The notes beneath the pieces were generated by a model. The model was not told the origin of the DNA. It searched no databases and was given only the letters and a program-made list of their open reading frames with translations. From positions 101,866,001 through 101,930,000 of the forward strand of contig OX597821.1 in the NCBI GenBank assembly GCA_951406725.2: 64,000 nt of DNA, written 5' to 3'. Below are positions 1 to 12,129 of this stretch, piece by piece (the first letter of the stretch is position 1; each line of letters begins with the position of its first letter). Both the position numbers and the translations under genes were made by a program. The stretch is from Octopus vulgaris. Lineage: Eukaryota.

Positions 1-1480
1 TTCTTATTTCACCATTTTTTCTTTTGCATCTATACAATTGATACATTGTTGATCATTTTATGGATATAGAGTTATAATTCCCCTCACTTTAAACTTTTGA
101 AGTTCTTTTTGCATTATAATCTTCTATTAATGGTAAATAGAAGAAAATAACTTTCAGAGCATCTGCACCTTTTAATTTGAAGTTATGAAGAGTGATAACC
201 ACAACAAAGCTGAACTGTGTGTTTTTATTATTATTTATCCTTATTAAAATTATTATTATTATCATTAAAGTGGCAAGCTGGTAGAATCGTTAGCACACTA
301 GGCAAAATGCTTAGCAGCATTTTGTTCATTGTTACATTCTAAGTTCAAAGGCTGACTCTGCCTTTCATTCTTTCAGGGTTGGTAAATTAAATACCAGTTG
401 AGCACAGGGATCGATCTAATTGACTAGTCTCCTCCTATAGTAGAAAGGATTATTATTATTATTCTAAGCCAGGCAAAGCAGTTGTACTACCAATTACCTC
501 TAACTTAGGATCGTCATTAGAAGTTAAATGTCTACTGAAAGCAGGTTTAATTATTAATGATAACTTTGTTAACAGTGAAGCTAGAATGATGAAATTTGCT
601 GCACCAATATCTAATTGCATTTGAACTGAGTAAACATTCAATGCACACTTAACTTGATACCATTTCTCGGAGAACTAATATTCAAAATTACTTCCTTTAC
701 ATCAGACAGTTTAGGATTCATCACCTAAACATTAATATTAGAGAGACTTGGTAAAATACAGTGGTTTTTCACATGCAAAATTTGCTGAAGTGGACAAATT
801 TACAATTTCTTCCTATATGCAGAACAGGAGCTAGAAGGATATAATGATCTAAAAATGTTGTGATTTTTTACCTGTCTTTGCTGTTACTCACAAGATAAAT
901 TTTCCTTAATGAGAGGACTCGGCAGTAGTGTAAAATACTTTTGTATTATATCTTGGCTGTAGTACTGATTCAAGAGCAAACATTCAGGCTGACTACCTCA
1001 TTACAACATATAAGAATGGACACTTTAGTTGAAGTTCTTAGTCAATTAAGAATTTTTATTTGAGTTTAAAGGATTTCATTGATAAAAACAAATTTCATAT
1101 ACTGCTTCTGGGTCAACTCTGATTGCAGAGAATTCACTTAAAGAAGTATGCACATTAAGACTTTGGCAAAAATTTTATCCTGTCTCAGACAAATCTAAGT
1201 TTTATTTTTCAAAAGTACACTCAGTCTTCAATTGAAGAATCTTGGATTGTCAGATATGACATCTTTCAGTTTGTGGATTGTGCGCTGACGTTAACTTAAT
1301 ACAAAGAATTTTGGCTAAACCAGTTCAGGCTTAGTGTCATCTGTAAGTAGGTTTGAGTTAAACAGTACTAGCCAAGCAGTTGCTTCTTCAACATCATCAA
1401 GATTTAAGTGTTTATTTAGACTCCGTTTTGGTATCTGTTAGCTGATTATTAAGAGCGGCAAATCTTCGCCGTCAATTTGT
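1..1480 (-). mobile_element. Degraded Ty3/Gypsy LTR retrotransposon (gag-protease-RT start), interrupted by a SINE
   Basis: ORF 459-641 has a retropepsin-like QLDIGAANFII...LEVIG motif; a decayed zinc-knuckle-like stretch lies near 750-810; bases 1-120 translate piecewise as QKELQK..GIIT...KK.G.IR, like the N-terminus of Gypsy RT; many stops and frameshifts. Confidence 0.55.
268..462 (+). mobile_element. tRNA-derived SINE family B (ggcgagctggcagaa head, gcctttcatcctttcggggtcgataaa body)
   Basis: A-box and B-box-like head, body shared with many copies in this window, (att)n tail. Confidence 0.8.
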
Positions 1481-2002
1481 GCCTATGATAATGAAATAAA
1501 TCAATAATAGTAATTCATTTGGTCGAGGCCATGAATAATAAACAAGAGTATATAATTCAATACCAGAAGTAAGTTCAAACCCTCAGACGTGTTATAATTC
1601 TTCATGGTTCATCGACATTATCCAAGAGGAACAATAAACTTATGCAGATGGAAACCAGCACATTTTACTCACACCTATCATTTGCAGTACTTGCATAAAT
1701 ATTAATAATAGAAAAGAAGACAAGCACTACTTTAGAATATTGTACATAGAACAAGTTTACCAATTCCACATTGGTGTTAAGTTGAAAATAAGTTCCCATT
1801 ATAAGTAAAATAGAAAACAAGTTGCTTTTGTGTTTTTTGGTTGGGTTTTTTTTTGTTCTTTTTTTTTTAAAGTAAATTCTACGGAACACACAGAGAAAAA
1901 CTCAATAATTACTGTTTAGCTACCCTCACATCAACCACGATTGAGCAGAATTCTGATCTAAAATATTCCTTCTACAACCATTGCTTTTTTTTTTCCCCCC
2001 TA

Positions 2003-3042
2003 GAAAACAGTGTTCAGAGAGCTCCTACCTTTGCTGGTAACAAAACGCCTCTTGCTCAGAGTGATAGGTAGACTGTATGATACAAGCGTGTGAAAAGCCA
2101 TGCTACACAGCAGTGAAACATGGGCTGTGACTGCTGAGGACATGCGTAGGCTTGAAAGAAATGAAGCTAGTGTGCTCTGCTGGATGTGTAATGTCAGTGA
2201 GCATTCATTACAGAGTGTAAGCAGCCTGAGAAAAAATTGGACATAAGAAGCATCAGATGTGGTGTGCAAGAGAGACAACTGCACTGGTATGGTCATGTGT
2301 TGTGTATGGGTGAGGACAATTGTATGAAAAAGTGTCACACCCTAACAGTGGAGGGAACCTGTAGAAGAGGTAGACCCAGGAAGACATGGGATGAGGTGGT
2401 GAAGCATGACCTTTGAACATTGGACATCACAGAGGCAATGGAGATATGCTGTGCTTGAGAAGATCCAAGTGAGATCAAAGCCATGGCTGATGCCACTGTT
2501 GCATAACTGGCCTATTTAAAAGCACCCTTCAATCATCAGGCATTATGCCATGCTTGTGAAGATCTGTTTAACCAAGTGAAATCATAGTCGTGGCCAATAC
2601 CAGTGCCATCTGACTGGCACTTATGCCACTGGCACATACAAAGCACCCTTCAAATGTGGCTGATGCATGTAAAAAGCACCATTTGAGCGTGACCAATGCC
2701 AATGCCGCCTGACTGGCACCCATACCAGTGGCACGTAAAAACCATCATTCAAGCATGACTGATGCCAGTGCTATGCCTGACTGGCTCCCGTGCTGGTGGC
2801 ACATAAAAAGCACCATTCAAGTGTGATCGATGCCAGTGCCACCTGACTGGCTCCCATACCAGTGGCATGTAAAAAGCACCCACTACACTCTTGGAGTGGT
2901 TGGCATTAGGAAGTGCATCCAGCTGTAGAAACCTTGCCAGATCAGATTGGAGCCTGTTGCAACCTTCCGGCTTGCCAGCCCTCAGTCAAACCATCCAACC
3001 TATACCAGAATGGAAAGTGGACGTTAAATGATGATGATGATG
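2003..3042 (+). mobile_element. RTE-clade LINE, 5'-truncated 3' end with tandemly repeated 3' UTR and (gat)n tail
   Basis: MLHSSETW, L.WYGHV and RGRPRKTW motifs; ~60-bp tandem units at 2590-2880; same family as 21613-22440. Confidence 0.9.
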
Positions 3043-3553
3043 AGTAATTTAAGGGGTATTTGGCTACTATTTCTAGCAATTCAAACAAGGCTCAATCCAT
3101 GATCTTCATGAAACACAGAGCACACAGCAAGCTAAAGCGACAAGTGAATTACAATTCTCAATTAATGCAAATTCACTTCACTAAAGATTCTAATATTTAT
3201 GAAAAAAAAAAATGACGCTCACACAATCTTTTCCCCACTCTAAGTTTAAAATCAATATTTGCCTGATATTCCCAACATCTAATTCACTAAGACTTTAATG
3301 GAATGTAGATTGAAATATTCTGAATTCATTGAGATGGGAGGTGTTAGGATCAATTTATAATTAGGAGATTCAATACACAATAGATGAAGGTTTTTCAATC
3401 TTTTTATCTTCATGGTGCAATGAAGATCATATTCAACAATTATTGGAGCTCTTTGTAAAGCAATTTTTGGGGGTTTTTTAAGCTAAAAATTGAGAAACCC
3501 AGATAGAATAAAAGCATAAACAAGCACTCAACAGGTATCAGATCAGTTTATAA

Positions 3554-3833
3554 GGATCCAGGACTTTTTGTCTAAAACACTTCGGTCTAATGCGCTATGG
3601 TCTAAAGAACTTTGGTCAAAGGTGATTTTTCGATAAATACACTATAGTCTAAAGACATTTTTGTCTAAACTCACTTTGGTCTAATAACTATTTTGTAAAT
3701 AGAATCTAAAAAAAAATATGTAAAAGATCTATCTAAATAGCTATACTCTAATAATCCTTTTTGCCTTTAGACGAAAATGCTTTTAGACCAAAATGTCTTA
3801 GACTAAAGCAGTTTAGACCTAAGTGCCATATCC
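3554..3833. mobile_element. MULE/Foldback-like MITE with repeat-built inverted arms
   Basis: GGAT...ATCC termini; subterminal (ttggtctaa)/(ttagaccaa) repeats; 9-bp TSD agtttataa / tgtttataa (8 of 9 match). Confidence 0.7.
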
Positions 3834-3907
3834 TGTTTATAATGTATTTATTCTTACATAACAATGTTATATAAGTATAAATATATACTTATATAACATT
3901 GTTGAAA

Positions 3908-4810
3908 TTCTATAGAAATACCGTTCAAATGGCACAAATTACGATTATAAAGAAAATTCTAAGGGATGAGGAGAAGATTTCAGAAAATTCACTCGATCCA
4001 TTTTTTTACGCTCATAGCTTTCAGGAAAATGGATATCTTTTGATGAAATTTTAAAGAAACACCTTTCAAACAGCATAGATTATGATTATAAAGAAATTTG
4101 TGGGGAAAATGTTTTCCGAAGGGTTGGGGAGAGAGGCAGAAAAGTTATACCGTCCTTTCTCAAATTGTTACCGTCAAATAATTACCAACCAAGACAAAGG
4201 TATGGACATGTATGTTTGCGCAATTTTTTTTTTTTTCATATCCGTTCTCTATACGTTTCTTTTTACACCTATTAGACTGGGGGGGTTTTTTTTTGGGGGG
4301 GGGGGTCCGTTTTGGTGACCGGGCGCTAAACTAGATCCTGAAAGTTATGAGGGTGAAAAAAACAGACTGTGTGAACTTTCCAACAGCCCTCTCCTCACCC
4401 CTTTGGAAAATATCTTCCCCACACATTTCTTTATAATCGTAATCTACGCTGTTTGAAAGGGGTTTCGGTAAATTTTCATTGAAAGATGTCCATTTTCCTG
4501 AAAGCTACGAGGGAAAAAAAATCGGATCATGTGAATTTTCCGAAATCCTCCTCCCACCCCTTCTTTATAATCGTAATTTGTGCCATTTGAACGGTATTTC
4601 TATAAAATGCCATTGATATATATCCATTTCCTGAAAGTTACAAGGGAAAAATCGGATCTTGTGAATTTTTCAAAAGTCCTCTTCCTACCCATCCACCCGT
4701 TCGTTTGCGCAAATTTTTGTTTTCATATTCGTTTTCTACACATTTTTTTTTTTTACATCTAGTAGGCTGGGTTTTTTTGGGTTTTTTTGTGACCGGGGCT
4801 TAAACTGTAT
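3908..4810. repeat. Complex repeat: ~230-bp inverted arms (3908-4138 / 4388-4605) plus ~120-bp direct repeat (4210-4335 / 4700-4810)
   Basis: Visual alignment, e.g. ataccgttcaaatggcacaaattacgattataaagaa vs ttctttataatcgtaatttgtgccatttgaacggtat. Confidence 0.8.
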
Positions 4811-7069
4811 CTTCATCGAATTGTCACCCAAGATTTGGCAAGATGCCGATTCCTTGGCGAATCTTCAGGTGACAACACCTGGGGTGATGATAATTATTCA
4901 GATGCTAACCTGGCTTTATTAAATCAGATTTGCGTGTAAACAAAATTATGTACAACTCGTTTTTCAAGTCATTCAAGCATCGATATGGATTTTCTGAAAT
5001 CATAAAATATATTAATAATCCACGGTGCACTTGATGCTACTTCCGATATACCGTTTAAGAACTACTGCGATAGACGCAATGCCCTCAAATATGTTTTATA
5101 GTTTAAACTTAAAAATAGAAAATAGCAAGAACCAAAGTAACATGTAGTGCTAGTAGAAACACTCCAAGTAGAAATAGCAAATTGCTTCGAATTACGCTTG
5201 AAGTAATTGGAAAATGATACAGCCAGAATAGAGAGAATGAAGCATAATTGTCATTTAATGGCGCTATTATGAATCTGATTATATAAGTGACAAATAATGA
5301 GAAAATCTATAAATGCGCTGTTTATAATAACATATAATATGTAAAAATAAACATTCCAGAAAGTTAAATGAATACATCAGTCATATAGACTCATCACTGA
5401 CTCTTCAAAGAGTTACAATGAAGTTTGTTTGAATCAATTCAATGGAAGGAAATTGCTTTGATTAAAAAGAATCAAACAACGATAAAATGCTATTTCCTCT
5501 AGCTTTTCCCTGAAGCAATTAAAATGTATTGGCCTTTGTCAACCTGAAATGAAAGGTTTCAAAGAAAGCTGACATGTTTCAAGTAAAAGACAATTTCAGT
5601 TGAGCAAAAAATTTTAAGAATTTTTCATAATGGGTGGGTTATATGAGGGGTACATACGTGTAATTAATGCCTTCAAAAACAAAACAGCTAAATGTAAAAC
5701 GTTTCTTTATAATTCTTGGCTGAGTCGGCGGATCTTGTCAAATTTCTTCCAACCACTCTCCGAAGTATTTCAAATTTCGTCATTATTTTTAGAAACATGT
5801 AATTTTTCATGCTGAGGATGAAAATTGCATTCATCCCCCCACCCCCAGAAATTAATAATAAAGAAGTCACATCAGTATAGAAAATTTGAAAAAGAATCCC
5901 GTGAAAATTTGAATTACTTTAAGTGGTCGGATGAAATGTAACAAGATTCGCTGAGCCGTGTAGAAGAATACCTAACATACATTGATACTTGCCGCCAGAT
6001 GTAGTTTACAGAGAAGCTATTCTGAAACTAAAATAATTAGTTTCCTGTCAGTGTATATACGTCTATTCTAATGAGGAACAAGAGAACGGGGAAATGTTCT
6101 GTTTATATAAGCTTACTAGCTAAAAATGAAAGATTTCTTTTCGCTCCAGTAACTCTTCAGTTTAATTAAATGTCGACAAAATTTGAACAGACATCAATAT
6201 TCATCAATTCGATCAAGAATTTAAAAAAAAGGAAAGTGTTTCAAATTTTGGCACAAGGCCAGTAATATTAGGGAGGGTAAGTTGATTACATCGACCTCCA
6301 GAGTTCAACTGGTACTTATTTTATCGACCCCGAAACGATAAAAAAAAAAGACAATGTCGATCGACTTCGGTGGGATTTGAACTCAAAACGTAAAGCCGGA
6401 AGAAATATCGACAAGCAGTCTTTTCTTGTCCGACGCGGTAATAACTGTTTCTGGTTTAGCCACAAGACCAGTACTTTTGAGGGGAGGAGTTAGTCAATGC
6501 CGCCGAACCCAAGTTCTTGACGGGTACTTTATTCACTTCGTATTTTCATTTTTTGAGTACTAGTAGCTAACTTTCTTGCAAAATACTAAAAACAAGGTCC
6601 TGTCATGTATATATAAACGGTACACGGACAGGATGTCGAATGCAATTTTGCCGAAGGACAAGAAGCCGAAACCAAGAAACCAAATGGACAAGAGGCCGAA
6701 AAGACATACGAAAATTAAAATATATGATAATCATCCGACTGAAAAATTTTTTGGAAAATTTCAGTTCAGTTCTTGAGTTAGATTTCCAAGCATAACTACA
6801 AATATGTGCCTTCCTTCTGCCTGTGACTTTGTTTCCTCATAACTTCCTGAAAAATGAATATTTTAAAATAAGATTTTCATCAAATACGGTTCAGATGGCA
6901 TAGATTACGATTATATTGGAATCTGATGTGAAAAATAAAAATCTTCCCTAATTATTCGTATAAATGAATGAATTTTCTGAGCCTCGCTGCTTTATAATCC
7001 AAAAGTTGGCTGATCTGGAAGTAAGCCTTTACAATATCTTTTGCTTTTGATTTTCTTTTGAATTTTTAA

Positions 7070-7455
7070 GGCAGGGTTGTGTGGTAAGATGTTTACTTCC
7101 CAACCACATGGTTTCAGGTTCAGTCTCACTCCGTGACACTTTGGGCATGTGTCATCTACTGTAGCTCTTGGGTGACCAAAGCCTTGTGAGTGCATTTGGT
7201 CGACGGAAAATGAAAGAAGCTCGTCGGATATCTGTGTTTATAGGTGTACGTCTTTGTGTTCGCATTTGCCTCTTCATTCCTTCACAACAGGCGTTGGCTT
7301 ATTTACGTCCCGTAACCTAACGGTTCAGAAAAAGAGACCGATAGAATAAGTATCAGACTTTAGAAAAAGTATAGGTATGGGGTCGATTTGCTCAAAAACC
7401 CTTCTATGCGGTGCCTCAACATGACCGCAGTCCAATGACTGAAACAAGTAAAAGA
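7070..7455 (+). mobile_element. tRNA-derived CORE-type SINE family A
   Basis: tgtgtggtaag...ggttcagt head, CORE-like ttgggcaagtgtcttctactatagc, 3' end gactgaaacaagtaaaaga; more than ten copies in the window. Confidence 0.85.
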
Positions 7456-7649
7456 TTTATGATCTACATGTAAGATTATGTGTAATTCTCCAAAATCATA
7501 TGAAGCATAAATCCAGTTTTTCATGTACGATTAAAAAACATACAGATCCCAGGACATTTCTCTTTGTTTTTTGGTGGAGGGAGGCAGTTTTTTTTTGTGT
7601 TTTTTTTGTGCATTGGATAATTTCCGACTGTATTCTATAGAAATACCTA

Positions 7650-8126
7650 TTTCTTTATTACCCACAAGGGGCTAAACACAGAGCGGACAAACAAGGACAG
7701 ACAGACGGATTAAGTCGATTATATCGACTCCAGTGCGTAACTGGTACTTAATTTATCGACCCCGAAAGGATGAAAGGCGAAGTCGACCTCGGCGGAATTT
7801 GAACTCACAGCGTAACGGCAGATGAAATACCTATTTCTTTACTACCCACAAGGGGCTAAACACAGGGAGGACAAACAAGGACAGACAAACGGATGAAGTC
7901 GATTATATCGACTCCAGTGCGTAACTGGTACTTATTTAATCGACCCCGAAAGGATGAAAGACAAATTCGACCTCGGCGGAATTTGAACTCACAACGTAAA
8001 GGCAGACGAAATACCGCTAAGCATTTCGCCCGGCGTGCTAACGTTTCTGCCAGCTCACCGGACGTAAAGAATGTGGACCGCACATTTCGCCGGGCGAAAG
8101 CCACTTTCGTTGTCGTTTAGCTGAAA

Positions 8127-8198
<72 letters not shown>

Positions 8199-8233
8199 GA
8201 AAGTGGGTGCGGTCCACATTCTTTGCATCCGCC
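7650..8233 (-). mobile_element. SINE family B partial dimer, 5' end interrupted by a small TIR element
   Basis: Two tandem copies of tatttcttt...cccacaaggggctaaaca...gaaatacc with CpGs largely intact; head completes as ctcacc|gcc around the TIR element. Confidence 0.85.
8060..8230. mobile_element. Small TIR element (MITE) with central (TA)n
   Basis: 24-bp TIRs GGACGTAAAGAATGTGGACCGCAC / GTGCGGTCCACATTCTTTGCATCC (2 mismatches). Confidence 0.75.
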
Positions 8234-9094
8234 AAAAACCCTTCTATGCGGTGCCTCAGTATGACTGCAGTCCAATGACTGAAACAAGTAAAAGATTTAT
8301 GATCTACATCTTAAGATTATGTATAATTCTCCAAAATCATATGAAGCATAAATCCAGTTTTTAATCTACGATTAAAAAACATACAGATCCCAGGACATTT
8401 CTCTTTGTTTTTTTTTGTTTTTTTGGTGGAGGGAGGCAGTTTTTTTTTTGGGGGGGGGGTTATGCACTGGATAATTTCCGACTGTATTCTATAAAAATAC
8501 CTATTAAAGAAATAGACAATAATAAACAATTCTTACACGTTATGGAAATACGACTTCAATTAGATGTTTCCTGATGGTAAAATCCAGCTGGTTTAGCCAT
8601 TTATAGGGATACTATTTCACGGTATCAAGAAGAAAATTCGAGTCTATATTAGTGTTGTTGTCATTGCTGTTTAGCCCCAAAACAGCTTTGACTAGGCAGA
8701 CACATGATTAAAGTTGTTCCAGATGTGACCATCCTTTCTTTTTGTAGTCATTGTGCATCTAGTACTACACTAGTTACTTAGTCCTTTTTCGTTTTAAGAT
8801 AGAAAGGTGTAATTTAAGAGGTATTTGGCTGTTGTTTCTAACATGTTGAATGACTGTTAGAGGTTCCCCGGTTGGCTAGGTAGTCTTTGCTTTCAACTCA
8901 ATACCTTTTCTTGGAAATCTATTTCTGTTTGTATGGATTGTTGTTGCTGTTATTTAGTCTCAAGGTCAGCTTTGATCAAGCAAAACTATGGTTAAAGACA
9001 ATCCAGCCATCATAACCTTTTTTCTTTTAAACAGTGTATCAATGGCTACATTATCAAATATGTCCGTTCTAGAATGTCACATATTTTAGCTTTA

Positions 9095-9767
9095 AATAAG
9101 TTGGGTTTTTTTAATAATATAACACTACAAAGAAGGTTTGTTTTTGTTATATTTCCCAAGTCCATCGAATGTCACTTAAAAACCTGCTGTATGCCGTAGC
9201 TGACAGCATATCAGGAGTTCGCCATTACTGGAAAAGATACTTCCATGTTGATTCGGATTTGTATCGATTTACTACTTCAGTAAGCTTATAGCATCTCTTC
9301 TTTGAAAAGTAAACTATACGTGATTGATCTTTCATTGATAACTTGAATTTTCTCGATATAGTCTCACAGACATATGTCCGCTCTTTCTTTCGTGCTTCTA
9401 ATGGCGGTTCTTTTAATGTTGTCTTCAGTTTGGTAGACTTCTTTACATAAAAAAAAATCTACAATTTTCTTTAAAAAAAACTTTAGTCGCCGATGATGTT
9501 ACTATTTGCGATGTGGTCTCGATGGTCTCTCTAAAAGAACGATATTAATTTTCGTAACTATCTGATCACACACGATCTTTCTCTTTGGCAATCTTCAAGA
9601 ATAAGAGCCTTAGTAATTCCATTTGCATCTTGGATACTTACAGGAATCTGAAATCCTTTTTTGTACACTTTTCATTACCCCACTACGTTTAACTCCCAAG
9701 TTGCCAAGTAAGGAATCATACTCAGTGATATTCCATGGGTCGCAGTTGTTTTAGTTACGTAGCGCCT
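9095..9767 (-). mobile_element. Possible Kolobok transposon remnant
   Basis: Minus-strand terminus TTAA|AGGCGCTAC; frameshifted TAYSRF...LGKYN..PS.VV resembles the Kolobok accessory (P2RX7-tail-like) ORF motif; only one end found. Confidence 0.3.
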
Positions 9768-11013
9768 TTAAGTCCTGTCTTTGACGTTTGGCTGTTGCTA
9801 TATAATACTATAATGGCGGTAGACAAAATGAGGGGCCAACATCACTACCTGACCCTTGAGAACCTTGACAGTGTCTATCCTGTTGCTAGCGTTGAGACCA
9901 GATTTCCAGTCTGAGGATAACAGCGCGCTTTTCTCTCACTATCTACAGAGATCCTGAAAAAGGACACAGACGCTGCCCTTTCTTCTCTAACTGAACCATT
10001 AAAAAAAATACTCAGTGAGGTTTTGGAATAGCTATCCTTACCTTATGAGGAAGGGGAAGTACTCGGATTTGTGGGCAAAAATTGAATGGCGATCAACATT
10101 TTTTGAAAAAGTAATTTGATGGAGTTGTAATTCCTGTTGTATAAAACAGGAACAATAAAAAGGGAAGACAAAAAATATACATTTCGTTGCACTTTTCTTT
10201 TCGCAAGTAGTAGTTATTCCAAACTCACAAAAAGAAATATTAAAGTAGGCTTTTTTTTTTTTTCAATTGATGCTTACTGTGCTCTTTCAGACACCAGTTT
10301 TGGAGGACATGTTGCCGAAATGCAAGAAATTAAAGACGAAATATGTTACAAACTACAGAATTTTCTTAAGAAAGCCAAGAGAAAATGATGTTTTTATAAA
10401 CACATTCTACCAGTATACGAAGTTTAAAATTTTTTAGTTACCTAGAAATTATGTTAAAAACTGCCGTTCAAACCAAAAAGATCCCATGTCTCTATGACCA
10501 TGAAACTTTAACTAATATGGAACTGAATCAAATTTTTATTAAATACATTTAAACATTTAACTCCAAACTGTCCTAGATTGAGCCAGACGTTTTTTTTTCT
10601 TTAATATATTTTATTTTATGGCTCAGTCAGAGGAAAGGGAGAAGTCAGTATCCATGATCCTTTGCATGACCTCAAAACTAATAGCAATGGGGAACCACAG
10701 CTCCATAAGATCGTTGGCATTATTCTTATTAAGCTCCAGGTCAGCTCTATGATCAGATGTCTTTCCAACTGTGACCACACCATCTTTACTTCTAGAATAG
10801 GGCACCAGGCATCACAGAAACATCTTTGTGTCATTTGAAAAGATGATAGGATATGGTTTGAGAAGATTCGATTGCTATTTCTCGCAGGTCAAACGACCCT
10901 GTCGAGGCTTCCATGTTAGCTCGTCTTCACTGCTTTAATCACTTCAGAATCTACGTTTAAAATCGTATTTAACCTGAAGTTCAAAGTTATATTTAAACAT
11001 GCCAATAATGCTT

Positions 11014-11088
<75 letters not shown>

Positions 11089-11468
11089 CATAAAACATTA
11101 GGGCCAGGTTTTAAACTACCTCTTCGGATTTCATTGAAAATTTCTTCAATGATGTAATTTTGGATGCTAATTACGAAAATCACAGGCTTCAACTTCATCA
11201 ATTTATTATGAATGCTCGACTTGTTAGAAATAGCAGCCAAACATCATATCCCACTCTCTTATAAAATGATGTACACATTGGAAACTATAGACCTAGATAA
11301 CACTATGTGAATGAAATACGTGATGGTCATCCTGAAATATCCAGATCTGTGATTAAAAACATCAGCAGCTGCATTCAAGCCGCGATCGTTAGACCTACTA
11401 GAATAAGTCAAATCTTCGAATTACAACCTACCGTTATAACAAAAAAAAATTTTTAATATATTGGATAA

Positions 11469-11835
11469 TCTCTCTATATATAAACGGCAAAATGTCTGTC
11501 TGTGTGTGTGTCCTTTATACAAATCCACAATTTTTCAGTTAGAGGGCTCATACTTTGATGGTCATTCAAAACCGTCCAAGCGTGATCGTGCATATTTTTA
11601 CATTTCACCAGTCACCCCGCAAAGCCATTAGAAAATCAATAGAATTGACTTTTTTGCGAATTTTCTATCCAAAACCCAATCAAAATGCCCGAAACTTGAT
11701 ACGCCGATTGAATGCCAGCTAGCTGTATGTGATTGGTCGGAGATTTGGACAGTACTCGCGTGTATGTGCGCACGCACGCAGCTGTATATGCATGCACAAG
11801 CACTATGACCAGGCATTGCCGGGTCATAGTGCTAG
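11469..11835 (+). mobile_element. Non-autonomous Helitron
   Basis: A|TC start (tctctctatatataaa), 3' hairpin gcactatgacc..ggtcatagtgc, CTAG|T end, no TSD; removing it restores the host repeat ttggataa|tgtagtctt. Confidence 0.9.
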
Positions 11836-12129
11836 TGTAGTCTTAAATACACTATGATTGAATAATAGATAGGATAGTCAGAGTCAGAAAACAGTTGATC
11901 ATAGATTTGGTTGATCATAGTTGACTCGGCACTAAACTTACAAATAGCTGCAATGTCAATTGGATAAATGTCATATTTGGTTTCATATACGACTTCTGGA
12001 CAGATATTAGAGACCTTCCAGCCATTATCATTTCAGTGGTGAATGTTTGAGTCTTTTATGGTTTCTTTTTAATGTGTCTACTGTACAGAAGTAAGGACTT
12101 AAATAATTCAGATAAATCAATAAATACAG

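Noticed and set aside
2590-2880. Regularly spaced repeats resembling a CRISPR array
   Set aside because: Units are tandem with no unique spacers, lie in an RTE 3' UTR, and the context is eukaryotic with no cas genes.
6128-6165. Minus-strand CTGAAGA-GTT-actgg-AGC-GAAA
   Set aside because: Stems I and III are too weak; could be chance in AT-rich DNA.
9795-9925. TATA-like and ATGGCGG motifs followed by a 33-codon ORF
   Set aside because: No homology or splice support; insufficient to call a promoter or gene.
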